Shown in pieces: positions 28,751 to 37,835 of a stretch of DNA of 64,000 nt. Position numbers and translations under genes: made by a program. Source of the DNA: a bacterium (lineage in GTDB: Bacteria > Patescibacteriota > UBA1384 > VFKW01); contig JAUSIS010000006.1 of NCBI GenBank assembly GCA_030647355.1, positions 253,465-317,464 of the forward strand. The letters run 5' to 3'. Under the pieces are notes generated by a model that saw only the letters and a list, made by a program, of their open reading frames with translations, was not told the origin of the DNA and did not search any database. Every line of letters begins with the position of its first letter. The stretch's first letter is position 1.

Positions 28751-29835
28751 GTCAACCGAAGATACATAAAGTAAACAAGGGGGAATGGAGCGAGTTTTAT
28801 ACTCTGCTTAAACTTTTAGCCGAACAGAGACTCTATGCGGCCGATGAAAACCTGGAAAAGATGCAGGAGATATTCTATCCCGTCCTGAAGGTTATTGAGG
28901 CCAAAGGAACAGATAAGGAAACTCATTATGAACTAAACGAAAAAGATGACGATATAAAAGTATTTTTGGCGAGCAAAGATTCATTTTTTACAGTTTCCAA
29001 AGAATCGCTAAAAAGTAAAATTAAAGAGGTATTCCTTGCTATCAAGAATTCAAATGCGACCTTTGCGATTCCCGTAGCCAGCAAAATACTCGACGAACTA
29101 AAAAGAGATCATGTAAAGACCATTTCAAGCCGAAAATCGGATATAGTTTTGGTTATACATGACATGAAAACTGGAACCGATCCCGAAGTAGGTTTCAGCA
29201 TAAAGTCCAGACTGGGAGGCGCTTCGACAATACTTAATTCTTCGGGTGCAACCAACTTTACTTATAAAGTGGAAGGATTCACGGGAAACATAGATGAGAT
29301 TAATTCGATAGTCAGTAGCTCAAAAGTCAGAGAGAGAATCAAACTCATCGAAGAAAAAGGCGGAGAACTTAAATACCATAGAATGGACAGTCCTATTTTT
29401 GAGTCTAATGTAAGAAAGATAGATAGCAATCTGCCAGAGATACTCGCCGAAGTACTTAAAATTTACTTTGCGGGCGAAGCTTCAACTATGCCAGAGATAT
29501 GTGAACTAATAAAAGCCCCAGGATTAAGTTTTACAGCCGACAACAGCTTCTTTGAATATAAAAGTAAGGAGTTTCTATTAAATATTGCTCTAGGCATGAT
29601 GCCCAACACCCTTTGGGACGGCCATCTCGAAGCTCACGGAGGATATATAATAGTACGAGAGGACGGAGAGATTGTCTGCTACCATATTTATAACCTTGAT
29701 CGATTCAGGGGATATCTTTTCGACAATACTAAACTCGACACCCCCAGCACTACAAAGCATGGTTTCGGCAAACTCTACAAAGATAACGGCGAATTATTCT
29801 TCAAGTTAAATCTTCAAATAAGATTTATTAAATAG
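28747..29835 (+). CDS. Putative type II restriction endonuclease partner of the methyltransferase (HpaII-like; tentative)
   Basis: 362 aa, translationally coupled (ATGA overlap) to the C5-methyltransferase, with a divergently transcribed vsr. The vsr-methyltransferase-REase arrangement and the ~360-aa size resemble the HpaII system. No catalytic motif was confirmed by eye. Confidence 0.4.
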   Translation: MSQPKIHKVNKGEWSEFYTLLKLLAEQRLYAADENLEKMQEIFYPVLKVIEAKGTDKETHYELNEKDDDIKVFLASKDSFFTVSKESLKSKIKEVFLAIKNSNATFAIPVASKILDELKRDHVKTISSRKSDIVLVIHDMKTGTDPEVGFSIKSRLGGASTILNSSGATNFTYKVEGFTGNIDEINSIVSSSKVRERIKLIEEKGGELKYHRMDSPIFESNVRKIDSNLPEILAEVLKIYFAGEASTMPEICELIKAPGLSFTADNSFFEYKSKEFLLNIALGMMPNTLWDGHLEAHGGYIIVREDGEIVCYHIYNLDRFRGYLFDNTKLDTPSTTKHGFGKLYKDNGELFFKLNLQIRFIK

Positions 29836-29848
29836 ATCGGGCATAAAA

Positions 29849-30415
29849 GTGAGTGATTTAGAAACATTTTTTCAACAATTTGAGAACTGGGTTCTTAAAG
29901 ACATGCGTCTAATTCTTAAAATTGAAGATGAAAATGGTAATTTAATAGAACCAGACAGAACAGCTTTTACATCTCGCAGACCATTAGTTGCAGCAGTAAT
30001 TCTAATGTGCTGTGCGATAGATTGCCTCGCAAGATTTCGATACGGAGAGATTGATCGTAATGTAGGCAGTTCGTTTAAAAACTTTGTTTTTGGTTATTTC
30101 AGTGAAAACGTTTCTTTTTCGGGAAAATCATATGATAAGCAAAAAATCTACAAAGGATTAAGGAATGCTTTAGTTCATGGCTATAGCTTAGGGAGAGATC
30201 TGGGATTGGTTCACCAGAGCTCCGAGAACCATCTTGACCAAGTTAACAATCGAGTTATTATAGATGTGTTTAGTTTATATTATGATCTAGAGACCGCCTA
30301 CAATAAATATAAACAAGAACTTATTGATGGTTCGTACCAAGAACAATTCAAAAGAAGATGGAGAGAATATCCCCTTATACAATTTATAACTGAAGAAAAT
30401 GTAAAAGGAAGGTAA
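29849..30415 (+). CDS. Hypothetical protein, possibly HEPN-like
   Basis: 188-aa mostly helical ORF containing RNALVHGY (an Rx4H HEPN-like motif). The start is uncertain. Confidence 0.3.
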   Translation: MSDLETFFQQFENWVLKDMRLILKIEDENGNLIEPDRTAFTSRRPLVAAVILMCCAIDCLARFRYGEIDRNVGSSFKNFVFGYFSENVSFSGKSYDKQKIYKGLRNALVHGYSLGRDLGLVHQSSENHLDQVNNRVIIDVFSLYYDLETAYNKYKQELIDGSYQEQFKRRWREYPLIQFITEENVKGR

Positions 30416-30440
30416 ATGCTGATTAAATCTGGAGTTCGAA

Positions 30441-33257
30441 ATGATAGACAAAAATACAAACATGGACAAAGGCGCACACTTCTACAAATGCGATTTTCAA
30501 GTACATACACCACGGGACACCAATTGGAATGGTGATGCCGCTGTTTCTGATATAGAGAGAAAGGCATATGCCGAGGAGCTGATACAGGCTTGTCGAACAA
30601 AAGGACTAGATGCGATTGCGATTACCGATCATCATGATTTTGCGTTCTTTCCATTTATTAAAAAGTCTGCTCAAGATGAGTTGGACGATTCGGGTAATCT
30701 CGTTACTAAAGACAGGCAGATCGTTGTGTTTCCAGGTATTGAGCTTACATTGACTGCCCCAGCTTGTCAGGTAATACTACTTTTGGATGCGAATTTTCCA
30801 GAGAACTTGCTACAAAGTGTTCTTACGGCACTCTCTATCTCTCCAGCTTCGCCTACTGATGAAAAGCACGCAAAAATTGAAAGAGTTCCACAGAACGTTA
30901 TTAGCGACCTCTCCGATCTCTACCAGAAACTTAGTAGTCACGATCATTTAAAAGGCAGGTTTATAGTAATACCGAATGTCAGTGAAACTGGTCATGGGAC
31001 AATGTTGCGAACGGGCTTTGGCAATTTTTATAAGACAATGCCTTGTGTGGGCGGATACACCGACGGCCCAGTTTCTAAATTCGGCACTGGCAACCTTTCG
31101 ATTATACAGGGGAAAAATCGAGATTATGGTTTCAAGGCAATCGGTGTTTTCCAAACATCTGATAATCGAAAACGTAATCACGATGACCTCGGTAAATATA
31201 CCACATGGATAAAATGGTCTGAACCGACCGCGGAGGCGTTGAGGCAGGCCTGCCTAGCCAAAGAGTCGAGATTATCCCAGGACGAGCCTCTTCTACCGAA
31301 TATTTGGATCATGTCCATTAGCGTTTCCGCATCGAAGTTTCTGGGTAGAATCGAACTCGATCTCAGCCAACAATACAACGCAATAATTGGCGGCCGCGGG
31401 ACTGGTAAATCTACTATACTTGAGTACTTACGATGGGGACTTTGCGACCAACCATCGGAAGATATCGATTTTGATAATGTTCAAAAAAAACGCAAAACTT
31501 TAATTGATAATACACTACAAAAATTTGATGGAGAAGTACACGTTACCTTTCTGCTCAATGGTGTGAAGCATATTGTTAAACGGAACTCAAAAAAGCAGGA
31601 AATTCTCCTGAAAATCGGGGATTCGGATTTCGCGCAAACCACAGAACAGGAGATCAGGAATTTACTCCCGATCCAAGCTTATAGTCAAAAACAACTTAGC
31701 AGTGTAGGTGTACGAATTGAGGAATTAAGACGCTTTGTTGAGCTTCCTATAAAACAAGACCTTGACCAAACGCGATCAGAGATTAGGGATACTGAATCAA
31801 AATTGAGGATTGCTTACGGGAATCTCGTTCGCAAAAGAGAAATTGAAACCGAAGTAAGTAAATACAATATAGAAGCCTCTTCTCTAGTAGAGCAGCTTAA
31901 AGGTCTGCGCGATGGTCTCAAGGGTCTTTCGAAAGACGAACAGGCAATTATCAACCGAAAAATTAAATATGACAATGAAGAGTCTATTATCGGTAATTTC
32001 CAGAATACGTTTTCCAATGCCAAAACACTTATAGAAACCTTGAAGTCTGTAATTGATGTAGACCCCCCTAAACATGATAATGATAGCGTCGAACTGGAAA
32101 ACAAAACACTTATTGATACAATTCGCGATCAATTTTCCACACGCTTTGTTGATATCAATGTAAAAGTAACCGCACTCGATAATATCTTTGACGAGGCTTC
32201 GCTTGATAGTCTTACGACTGAAATTGAAAAATGGACGAAGTTAAAAACGGAATTTGACAAAAAATACGAAGCAGTCAAGGCAACGGCAAAAGCCAATCAA
32301 CAACAACTTGCTCAAATTCAGCAATTGGAAAAAAGAATAGCCGAATTAAAGAAGCTGCAAATTGATAAACGCAACTCACTTGAAACCCTAGCTGAATCAG
32401 AAAAAATCCACAAGGAATTAAGGCAAAAATGGGATATAGCGCATACCGATAAAATTACCGCTCTCGGAAAGCAATGCATGCAGTTTACCTCCTTGTCAAA
32501 TGGGCTTATAAAAGCAGAGATTACAAATAGTCTAGATATAGGGTCCCTCATGCAAAGATTTAAAATTGCTTTTAACGGTCTAAATATCAAGGAAGAAAAA
32601 ATTGAGAAAATTTGCCAATGCCTTGTCACGGCAACTGATCCCCTGGCGAAATGGAATGACATCTTAACTGAGCTCGAGAAGCTTGCCTGGCATTCTGCAG
32701 ATGGAACAACGACCATGCCAGACACTCCGACACTTGGACAGTGTGGATTTATTGACTCTGAGCGAGCACGGATTGTGGCTGGCTTTGATTCGGAGAAGTG
32801 GATTAATTTAGCTGTGACAGAATTGGAGTTCAACCCAAAATTCTCTTACTGTACAAACCAAGACAAGAATGAGTATATAGAATTTTCTGATGCTTCAGCT
32901 GGACAACAAGCTACTGCTCTTCTGACAGTGCTTCTTAACCAAAATGGAGCACCACTCATAATTGATCAGCCAGAAGATGATGTAGACAGCAAGATGATCA
33001 CGGATATTGTTAAGCAAATTTGGCTTGCGAAAAGTAACCGTCAGCTTATATTTGCAAGTCATAATGCTAACTTCGTTGTTAACGGGGATGCGGAGCTTGT
33101 TGTTTGTTGCGACTATGTAAAAGCTGCTGATCAAACAAACGGACATATTAAGGCAGAAGGGGCTATCGACAATAAAGCCATTAAAGAGGAAATAACATTA
33201 GTCACCGAGGGCGGTCCGCAGGCGTTTAAACTCAGAAAAGATAAGTACGGGTTCTAA
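30441..33257 (+). CDS. PHP-family phosphoesterase fused to an SMC/Rad50-like ABC ATPase with a long coiled-coil insert
   Basis: PHP motifs DFQVHTPRD, AIAITDHHD, FPGIELT. Walker A IIGGRGTGKST. About 400 aa of heptad-rich coiled coil. Signature SDASAGQQA, Walker B LIIDQPEDDVD, H-loop FASHNAN. Confidence 0.7.
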   Translation: MIDKNTNMDKGAHFYKCDFQVHTPRDTNWNGDAAVSDIERKAYAEELIQACRTKGLDAIAITDHHDFAFFPFIKKSAQDELDDSGNLVTKDRQIVVFPGIELTLTAPACQVILLLDANFPENLLQSVLTALSISPASPTDEKHAKIERVPQNVISDLSDLYQKLSSHDHLKGRFIVIPNVSETGHGTMLRTGFGNFYKTMPCVGGYTDGPVSKFGTGNLSIIQGKNRDYGFKAIGVFQTSDNRKRNHDDLGKYTTWIKWSEPTAEALRQACLAKESRLSQDEPLLPNIWIMSISVSASKFLGRIELDLSQQYNAIIGGRGTGKSTILEYLRWGLCDQPSEDIDFDNVQKKRKTLIDNTLQKFDGEVHVTFLLNGVKHIVKRNSKKQEILLKIGDSDFAQTTEQEIRNLLPIQAYSQKQLSSVGVRIEELRRFVELPIKQDLDQTRSEIRDTESKLRIAYGNLVRKREIETEVSKYNIEASSLVEQLKGLRDGLKGLSKDEQAIINRKIKYDNEESIIGNFQNTFSNAKTLIETLKSVIDVDPPKHDNDSVELENKTLIDTIRDQFSTRFVDINVKVTALDNIFDEASLDSLTTEIEKWTKLKTEFDKKYEAVKATAKANQQQLAQIQQLEKRIAELKKLQIDKRNSLETLAESEKIHKELRQKWDIAHTDKITALGKQCMQFTSLSNGLIKAEITNSLDIGSLMQRFKIAFNGLNIKEEKIEKICQCLVTATDPLAKWNDILTELEKLAWHSADGTTTMPDTPTLGQCGFIDSERARIVAGFDSEKWINLAVTELEFNPKFSYCTNQDKNEYIEFSDASAGQQATALLTVLLNQNGAPLIIDQPEDDVDSKMITDIVKQIWLAKSNRQLIFASHNANFVVNGDAELVVCCDYVKAADQTNGHIKAEGAIDNKAIKEEITLVTEGGPQAFKLRKDKYGF

Positions 33258-33276
33258 CCAATTTTTATATTTCTAA

Positions 33277-33594
33277 ATGAAAAATCTACCACAACTAAAC
33301 CGTGAACAACTGAATGAATGGCGAGAAGAAATATTGGGACACCGAAGCAAAAAGTTTCCAGAAAGTTTTCTATTTGATCAACTTTTTGATGAGAGATCTC
33401 CATTGGCTAAAGACAAATTACTATCTAAAAGAATTGAAATCCTGGTTAAAAAATACCCAAAGGCAGATACAAGAAAAAGCTTGAAAGAATTTGTCCCCAC
33501 AGCATTGGAGTTTTTAAAAGAGAATGGTTTTATTGATGACGAAACTTACTCCAAAGAAAGCTTGAATTGCCAAATTTTTATTGAAAATTCTTAG
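33277..33594 (+). CDS. Hypothetical small helical protein downstream of the PHP-ABC ATPase
   Basis: 105-aa ORF 20 nt after the ATPase stop. Confidence 0.3.
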   Translation: MKNLPQLNREQLNEWREEILGHRSKKFPESFLFDQLFDERSPLAKDKLLSKRIEILVKKYPKADTRKSLKEFVPTALEFLKENGFIDDETYSKESLNCQIFIENS

Positions 33595-33998
33595 TTCCTA
33601 TTGGAAAACCATTTTATTATTTTTGACCAATACCCCCCTTTGTTGTTGCCATAGTACCTATTTTTGTTTATTCGTTCTCTTTCTCGGCCTTCTCTAATTT
33701 CTTCATCTGTCCATTTTTCAGCCCAAATTACTTGGTTTCTCTTTATCCAGTAGTGGGATTGGCATTTATAGCTCCAGTTGCCAATCGAGGGTGAGAGCGA
33801 TATTGTTTTCCCATCATAAATTAACTTCCAATCCGTTGGAGTAAGCGGTGTTACTACTTCTTGTTGACAACCGCAGAAACATTTATGTATAGCCGTACCG
33901 TATTTTATTGAAATATAGATAACATTATCATCTAGGTCTCTTGGAATCTGCTCCACAAATTTATGCAATATAGTCATCATTGAATAATTTCCCGTCAT
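33591..33998 (-). CDS. Cys/His-rich small protein, last gene of the Ubl/E2-E1 operon (possible Zn-binding module)
   Basis: HKCFCGCQQ ... YKCQSHYW cysteine/histidine cluster. Overlaps the E2-E1 stop. Start taken at MTGNYS; the track ORF extends to 34049. Confidence 0.35.
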   Translation of the reverse strand: MTGNYSMMTILHKFVEQIPRDLDDNVIYISIKYGTAIHKCFCGCQQEVVTPLTPTDWKLIYDGKTISLSPSIGNWSYKCQSHYWIKRNQVIWAEKWTDEEIREGRERERINKNRYYGNNKGGYWSKIIKWFSNRN

Positions 33999-35142
33999 TA
34001 ATGGAATAAATTGTATTAAATTCTTTAGAAAGGTCTTGATAAAAACCAAAGAGCTTTTTCCATTTTATCACTGCTAACGTTGCGCTTAAAGCATTGAGGT
34101 CAGCTACCTGAATATTGGTTACATAGGCATCAGCGGCAGTTTTCTCTGCTACTGAGATTCTCTTTTCGATGTGATCTTTTTTCTCTTTTGTTATTGTGGT
34201 AACCCTTACATGGCCAAGAAGAGAATCGTCAGCTGTCAGCAACCCAATTCCGGCATCAATAAAGGGAATCTCTTTGGCAATTAAATGATCAATGATTTGC
34301 TTTTTAGCGACACCTTTGTCTATTGCTATAAACACGATATCCATTCCGGATAATTCTTCGAGTTTTTCGGCTGTCACATTATAAGGATGAGAATGAATAT
34401 TTTTGTGCATATTGGAGTAGATGCTCTGAAAATAATTCGTCTTCTTATTTGCTTCAGTCAATTTCTCTAATACTGGAGCACCGGGAGACCTATAGGCGTT
34501 ATGATTTAGGAGAACATCCTGGTCAAATAAATGAATTTCTTGCACGACAGTTTTGGCAATTAAATCTAGTATGTATGAGCCAGTTCCGCCCAACCCTACT
34601 ATTGCAATTTTCTGACCCTCCAATTTTTGCGTTATCGTGCTTATCTGTCCGCGGCTAATATTTGTATCCGGATAGTTAAAAACCGATTCGATACTCGGAG
34701 TGTTAATATCCTTGAATGGCTTTTCGGTAACTGTTCTGTCTAGCGCTTTAGCTTGTGCAGATATTATAGTTGCATAGTTAGACATCTTATGAAAGTAATC
34801 CTTGTATCCTTCCGTAGGCTTGTTTGAAAACGAGTGATTTACAATTATCCCACCCATTTGTATATCTTGGCTCCCGCTATGAATACCACTAATAAGGCTT
34901 CCGTCTTTATTACAAGGCAACTCTCCTTCCCAATAAGCAACATGTTGGGTTATCGGACTATTGGTAATATTACCGGCGATTGATGTTAAATCAGAGACCA
35001 AAGTACCATATCGAATCTGTTTGTCTGATGTAACATAAGGTATCTCATAAAGCAGAAGGCAATCATTGACGATTGCCACTGCATAACCTTCATCTTTTAA
35101 CCGCTTTAAATCCGGATTATGATTTATCAGTTCTTGTGGCAT
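33961..35142 (-). CDS. E2-like/E1-like (ThiF/MoeB adenylyltransferase) fusion protein, Cap2/BubCD-like
   Basis: C-terminal Rossmann motif QKIAIVGLGGTGSYILDLIAKTVVQEIHLFDQD is ThiF/E1-type. The N-terminal ~150 aa carry a candidate catalytic Cys (HVAYWEGELPCNKDG) in an E2/UBC-like position. Confidence 0.6.
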   Translation of the reverse strand: MPQELINHNPDLKRLKDEGYAVAIVNDCLLLYEIPYVTSDKQIRYGTLVSDLTSIAGNITNSPITQHVAYWEGELPCNKDGSLISGIHSGSQDIQMGGIIVNHSFSNKPTEGYKDYFHKMSNYATIISAQAKALDRTVTEKPFKDINTPSIESVFNYPDTNISRGQISTITQKLEGQKIAIVGLGGTGSYILDLIAKTVVQEIHLFDQDVLLNHNAYRSPGAPVLEKLTEANKKTNYFQSIYSNMHKNIHSHPYNVTAEKLEELSGMDIVFIAIDKGVAKKQIIDHLIAKEIPFIDAGIGLLTADDSLLGHVRVTTITKEKKDHIEKRISVAEKTAADAYVTNIQVADLNALSATLAVIKWKKLFGFYQDLSKEFNTIYSINDGKLFNDDYIA

Positions 35143-35392
35143 TGAAAATCATATCCTTTTTAACCTTAACCTCATCACCTTTTACCATTGTTCCCTCATC
35201 CGGATCGTTACCTTTGCTGTAAGAAACAGTGTAAACTATGTTCTCGTTTTCTTCATAGTTACCGAAAGCTATCTCGATTACCCGCTGAAATGTTATCATC
35301 TTGCCGGTAACTTGTTCCTCACGACCATTTACATAAATTGTGGTTGTTTTGTCGTGTCCTTGTCCTTCGTGTTTTTCTTCTTGGTTAGCCAT
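35117..35392 (-). CDS. Ubiquitin-like beta-grasp protein (multiubiquitin-family-like)
   Basis: 91 aa, TIYVNGREEQVTGKMITFQRVIEIAFG...VYTVSYSKG...GTMVKGDEVKVKKDMIFNATRTDKS pattern. Overlaps the E2-E1 start by 26 nt. Confidence 0.45.
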   Translation of the reverse strand: MANQEEKHEGQGHDKTTTIYVNGREEQVTGKMITFQRVIEIAFGNYEENENIVYTVSYSKGNDPDEGTMVKGDEVKVKKDMIFNATRTDKS

Positions 35393-35417
35393 AATAGCTC
35401 CTTTCTAATTATACTGA

Positions 35418-36035
35418 TTACAGAATTGGCGGAAGCACTTCGACCACTACTCCCTGAATTCTAAAATCTCTTGTTAAGACGATCGGTTTGTGTTCCTTGT
35501 TTGTTGATCGGGGCAAAAGAATATAAGCGTTCGGTGTTATAAATAACTCTTTTATAGTTGCTTCATCATCAATTAATGCTACAACCCTTTCGCCACTACG
35601 GGCCGTTTCCTGTTGTCGGATTAGAACAAAATCTCCGTCATTTATTCCACTCGCGTTCATCGAGTCGCCTTGTGCTTTCAGCATAAAGTATTTGTAGGGC
35701 GGATGGGCAATCTTGCTAGAAACAGGTATTAAAGCTTCAATATTCTCGACTGCCAAAACTGGGGCACCGCAAGCCACGCTTCCGACCAAAGGAACATTAA
35801 CTGTTACTGTCCGATCTTTCTCTTCGAAACTATCAGTTACTTGAAGCGATCCATTGGCTTTCTTCTTTAAAAATCCTTTTTTAATCAGTCCCTCAATAAT
35901 TAGTGCAGCGGATCTGGGGGAACCATATCCCAATGATTTCATTAGTTGACGCACCGAAGGAGAAGTGCCGTTTTGCAAGATAGCATTTCTAATTTCTTTT
36001 AGAGCTAAAATTTCTTTTGGGTTTAATATGTTCAT
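35418..36035 (-). CDS. lexA: LexA-like repressor (N-terminal wHTH plus S24 peptidase)
   Basis: N-terminal LexA-type DNA-binding domain. GDSM active-site Ser and a downstream Lys (ATIKELF). First gene of the four-gene minus-strand operon. Confidence 0.8.
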   Translation of the reverse strand: MNILNPKEILALKEIRNAILQNGTSPSVRQLMKSLGYGSPRSAALIIEGLIKKGFLKKKANGSLQVTDSFEEKDRTVTVNVPLVGSVACGAPVLAVENIEALIPVSSKIAHPPYKYFMLKAQGDSMNASGINDGDFVLIRQQETARSGERVVALIDDEATIKELFITPNAYILLPRSTNKEHKPIVLTRDFRIQGVVVEVLPPIL

Positions 36036-36266
36036 ACATACACTTTAATACAGCAAACATACAGTTGTCAAGAGCAAGGTAAAAATACTTTTTTCCTCCC
36101 GCCCAGTCTTCCCATCTTGTAGAATAAATAGTCTGTCTGCCTCAAGGTCGTTCATCTCGTAGGGTGCTCCACCTTGACCCAGCCAGCCAATTTATTCTTT
36201 GCCTCTCATCAGATGGGCGGGAAGGTCGATATCGCTCATTGTAAGTTAATTAGAGAGGAGGTATAT

Positions 36267-36593
36267 ATGGTAACTAAACAGATGGATGATACACGTACTC
36301 AACAAGCTATTCTAAACGATCAGTTTAGGAAGAGCGGATTCGGAGTAACGCTCACAGGCGGTGTCCAAAGTGTTGAGGATTTGCCCGGATTGCTTTTGGC
36401 AATTCAGGAGTTCGACAATTTCAATGAGGATAATGATCCCTGGCACGAGCACGACTTCGGTCGCTTGGACTGGCACGGTGATAAGGTCTTCTGGAAGATT
36501 GATTATTACGATCAGGAATTGCAGGAGTGGGAAGATCCGCTGACTGGGAGTTGCAGAAGAATAATAACGGTAATGCTGGCACAGGAGTATTAA
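36267..36593 (+). CDS. DUF3768-like conjugative-element protein (tentative)
   Basis: Strong RBS AGAGGAGG before ATG 36267. Motifs HEHDFG, KIDYYD and TVMLAQEY resemble the DUF3768 family found in plasmid/ICE leading regions. GC about 50%. Confidence 0.4.
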   Translation: MVTKQMDDTRTQQAILNDQFRKSGFGVTLTGGVQSVEDLPGLLLAIQEFDNFNEDNDPWHEHDFGRLDWHGDKVFWKIDYYDQELQEWEDPLTGSCRRIITVMLAQEY

Positions 36594-36963
36594 AGCTTAA
36601 AAGGCCTGGGAGTCGATGAGATTCTCAGGCTTTTTTTGTGGTTGTTCAGCTCTGAGCCATGGACAAAATCAACCGGTTGTGTTATTATTTATCCAATTCG
36701 GAGAAGAAAATGACTGTAAGTTTTATTGTTATCTTCTTCTCCAAATCATCCAGGAGAAGCATGCCCGCGGCATGAAGGCTCGCCTTACCGACTCATTGGT
36801 AAAAAACATTGTACGAACAATGGGCGATGAATTTATCCCCGACAAAAACGCACGAGCGTTGGGGCGCCAGCACTTTGCCATCAGGCCAAGGCAAAGAACT
36901 TTCACGAGAAAGGTGGCGATTCTGCTTAGGCCAAATCTCCACAGTGAGAAAGGATGACGTACC

Positions 36964-37758
36964 TTGGGAACAAAAACGAAATGCGCGCAAAAGTGGGAGA
37001 GCATGTTTGCTTTCCTTCGCCAAGACGACATGGAGAAAACATACTTGATGTTGCTAGGTCTGTCCAACAGCGTTAGTGACATTCAGACCCTTCATGCAAA
37101 GCTTCCGCCGAACGCTCAACTCTTGAGAGAAGATCGTAAGGAGCTAGAGAATCTGTGGAAAGAGCACCTTGCTCCGACTGGGACGTCGAAACCTGCCGGA
37201 ATAAGCGGTAGGGAGGGGGGCGACTGGCTGTTGCTCTCGCTCTTACCGAAAGGAAAGAAGATCAACGGGTTGCTAGACTACTATGAGAGGAAGCTTCGTG
37301 AGAGCAGGAACTGCTTAAACGCAAGCGACACCTATCTTCCCAGCATCGAGCAAGTATGCGACATTGCTATCGGGTGTGGTGAGCACCTCGCCAGCCACGG
37401 AAGGAATTTCCTTGCCCAGATGTTCGATGAGGAGTTTTCCTTCGGTGCTGCTTACTCTGGCTCTTTCGAAGGCAAACGAGACAAAGTGAGAATATGGTTC
37501 TATACCGAGTCTTCTCGCCTTACAGAGATCCTTGTTCACAAGCTAAGAAATCTGCCTGCTTACAAGCTGTATCAGTATGCCGGCGGGTTAGCATTCGCTT
37601 ACGAGATTCCCGCCCATGAAGAGAGTGGCTTGAGCTGGAGAAACATGGAGTGGGGAAACGGCGTTCATGTCTATAAGGCTCATGAAGATTTCACAGGTAG
37701 CGTCTGTGGGTATCTTCAGCAAATCGGAGTACCGATTGAGTCACTAACCGTGGCCTAA
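36964..37758 (+). CDS. Hypothetical protein in a GC-rich segment
   Basis: 264-aa ORF. Several overlapping ORFs at 36616-37082 make the 5' boundary uncertain. Confidence 0.3.
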   Translation: MGTKTKCAQKWESMFAFLRQDDMEKTYLMLLGLSNSVSDIQTLHAKLPPNAQLLREDRKELENLWKEHLAPTGTSKPAGISGREGGDWLLLSLLPKGKKINGLLDYYERKLRESRNCLNASDTYLPSIEQVCDIAIGCGEHLASHGRNFLAQMFDEEFSFGAAYSGSFEGKRDKVRIWFYTESSRLTEILVHKLRNLPAYKLYQYAGGLAFAYEIPAHEESGLSWRNMEWGNGVHVYKAHEDFTGSVCGYLQQIGVPIESLTVA

Positions 37759-37780
37759 ACGGGCCTGATAACTGCTATCT

Positions 37781-37818
37781 AGGGGTGTGTCCTAACGGGC
37801 CACCCCTTTTATTTTTTA
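37781..37818 (+). terminator. Rho-independent terminator
   Basis: AGGGGTG...CACCCCT stem followed by TTTTATTTTTT. Confidence 0.5.
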
Positions 37819-37835
37819 CAAGTGCTTTTTAATTT

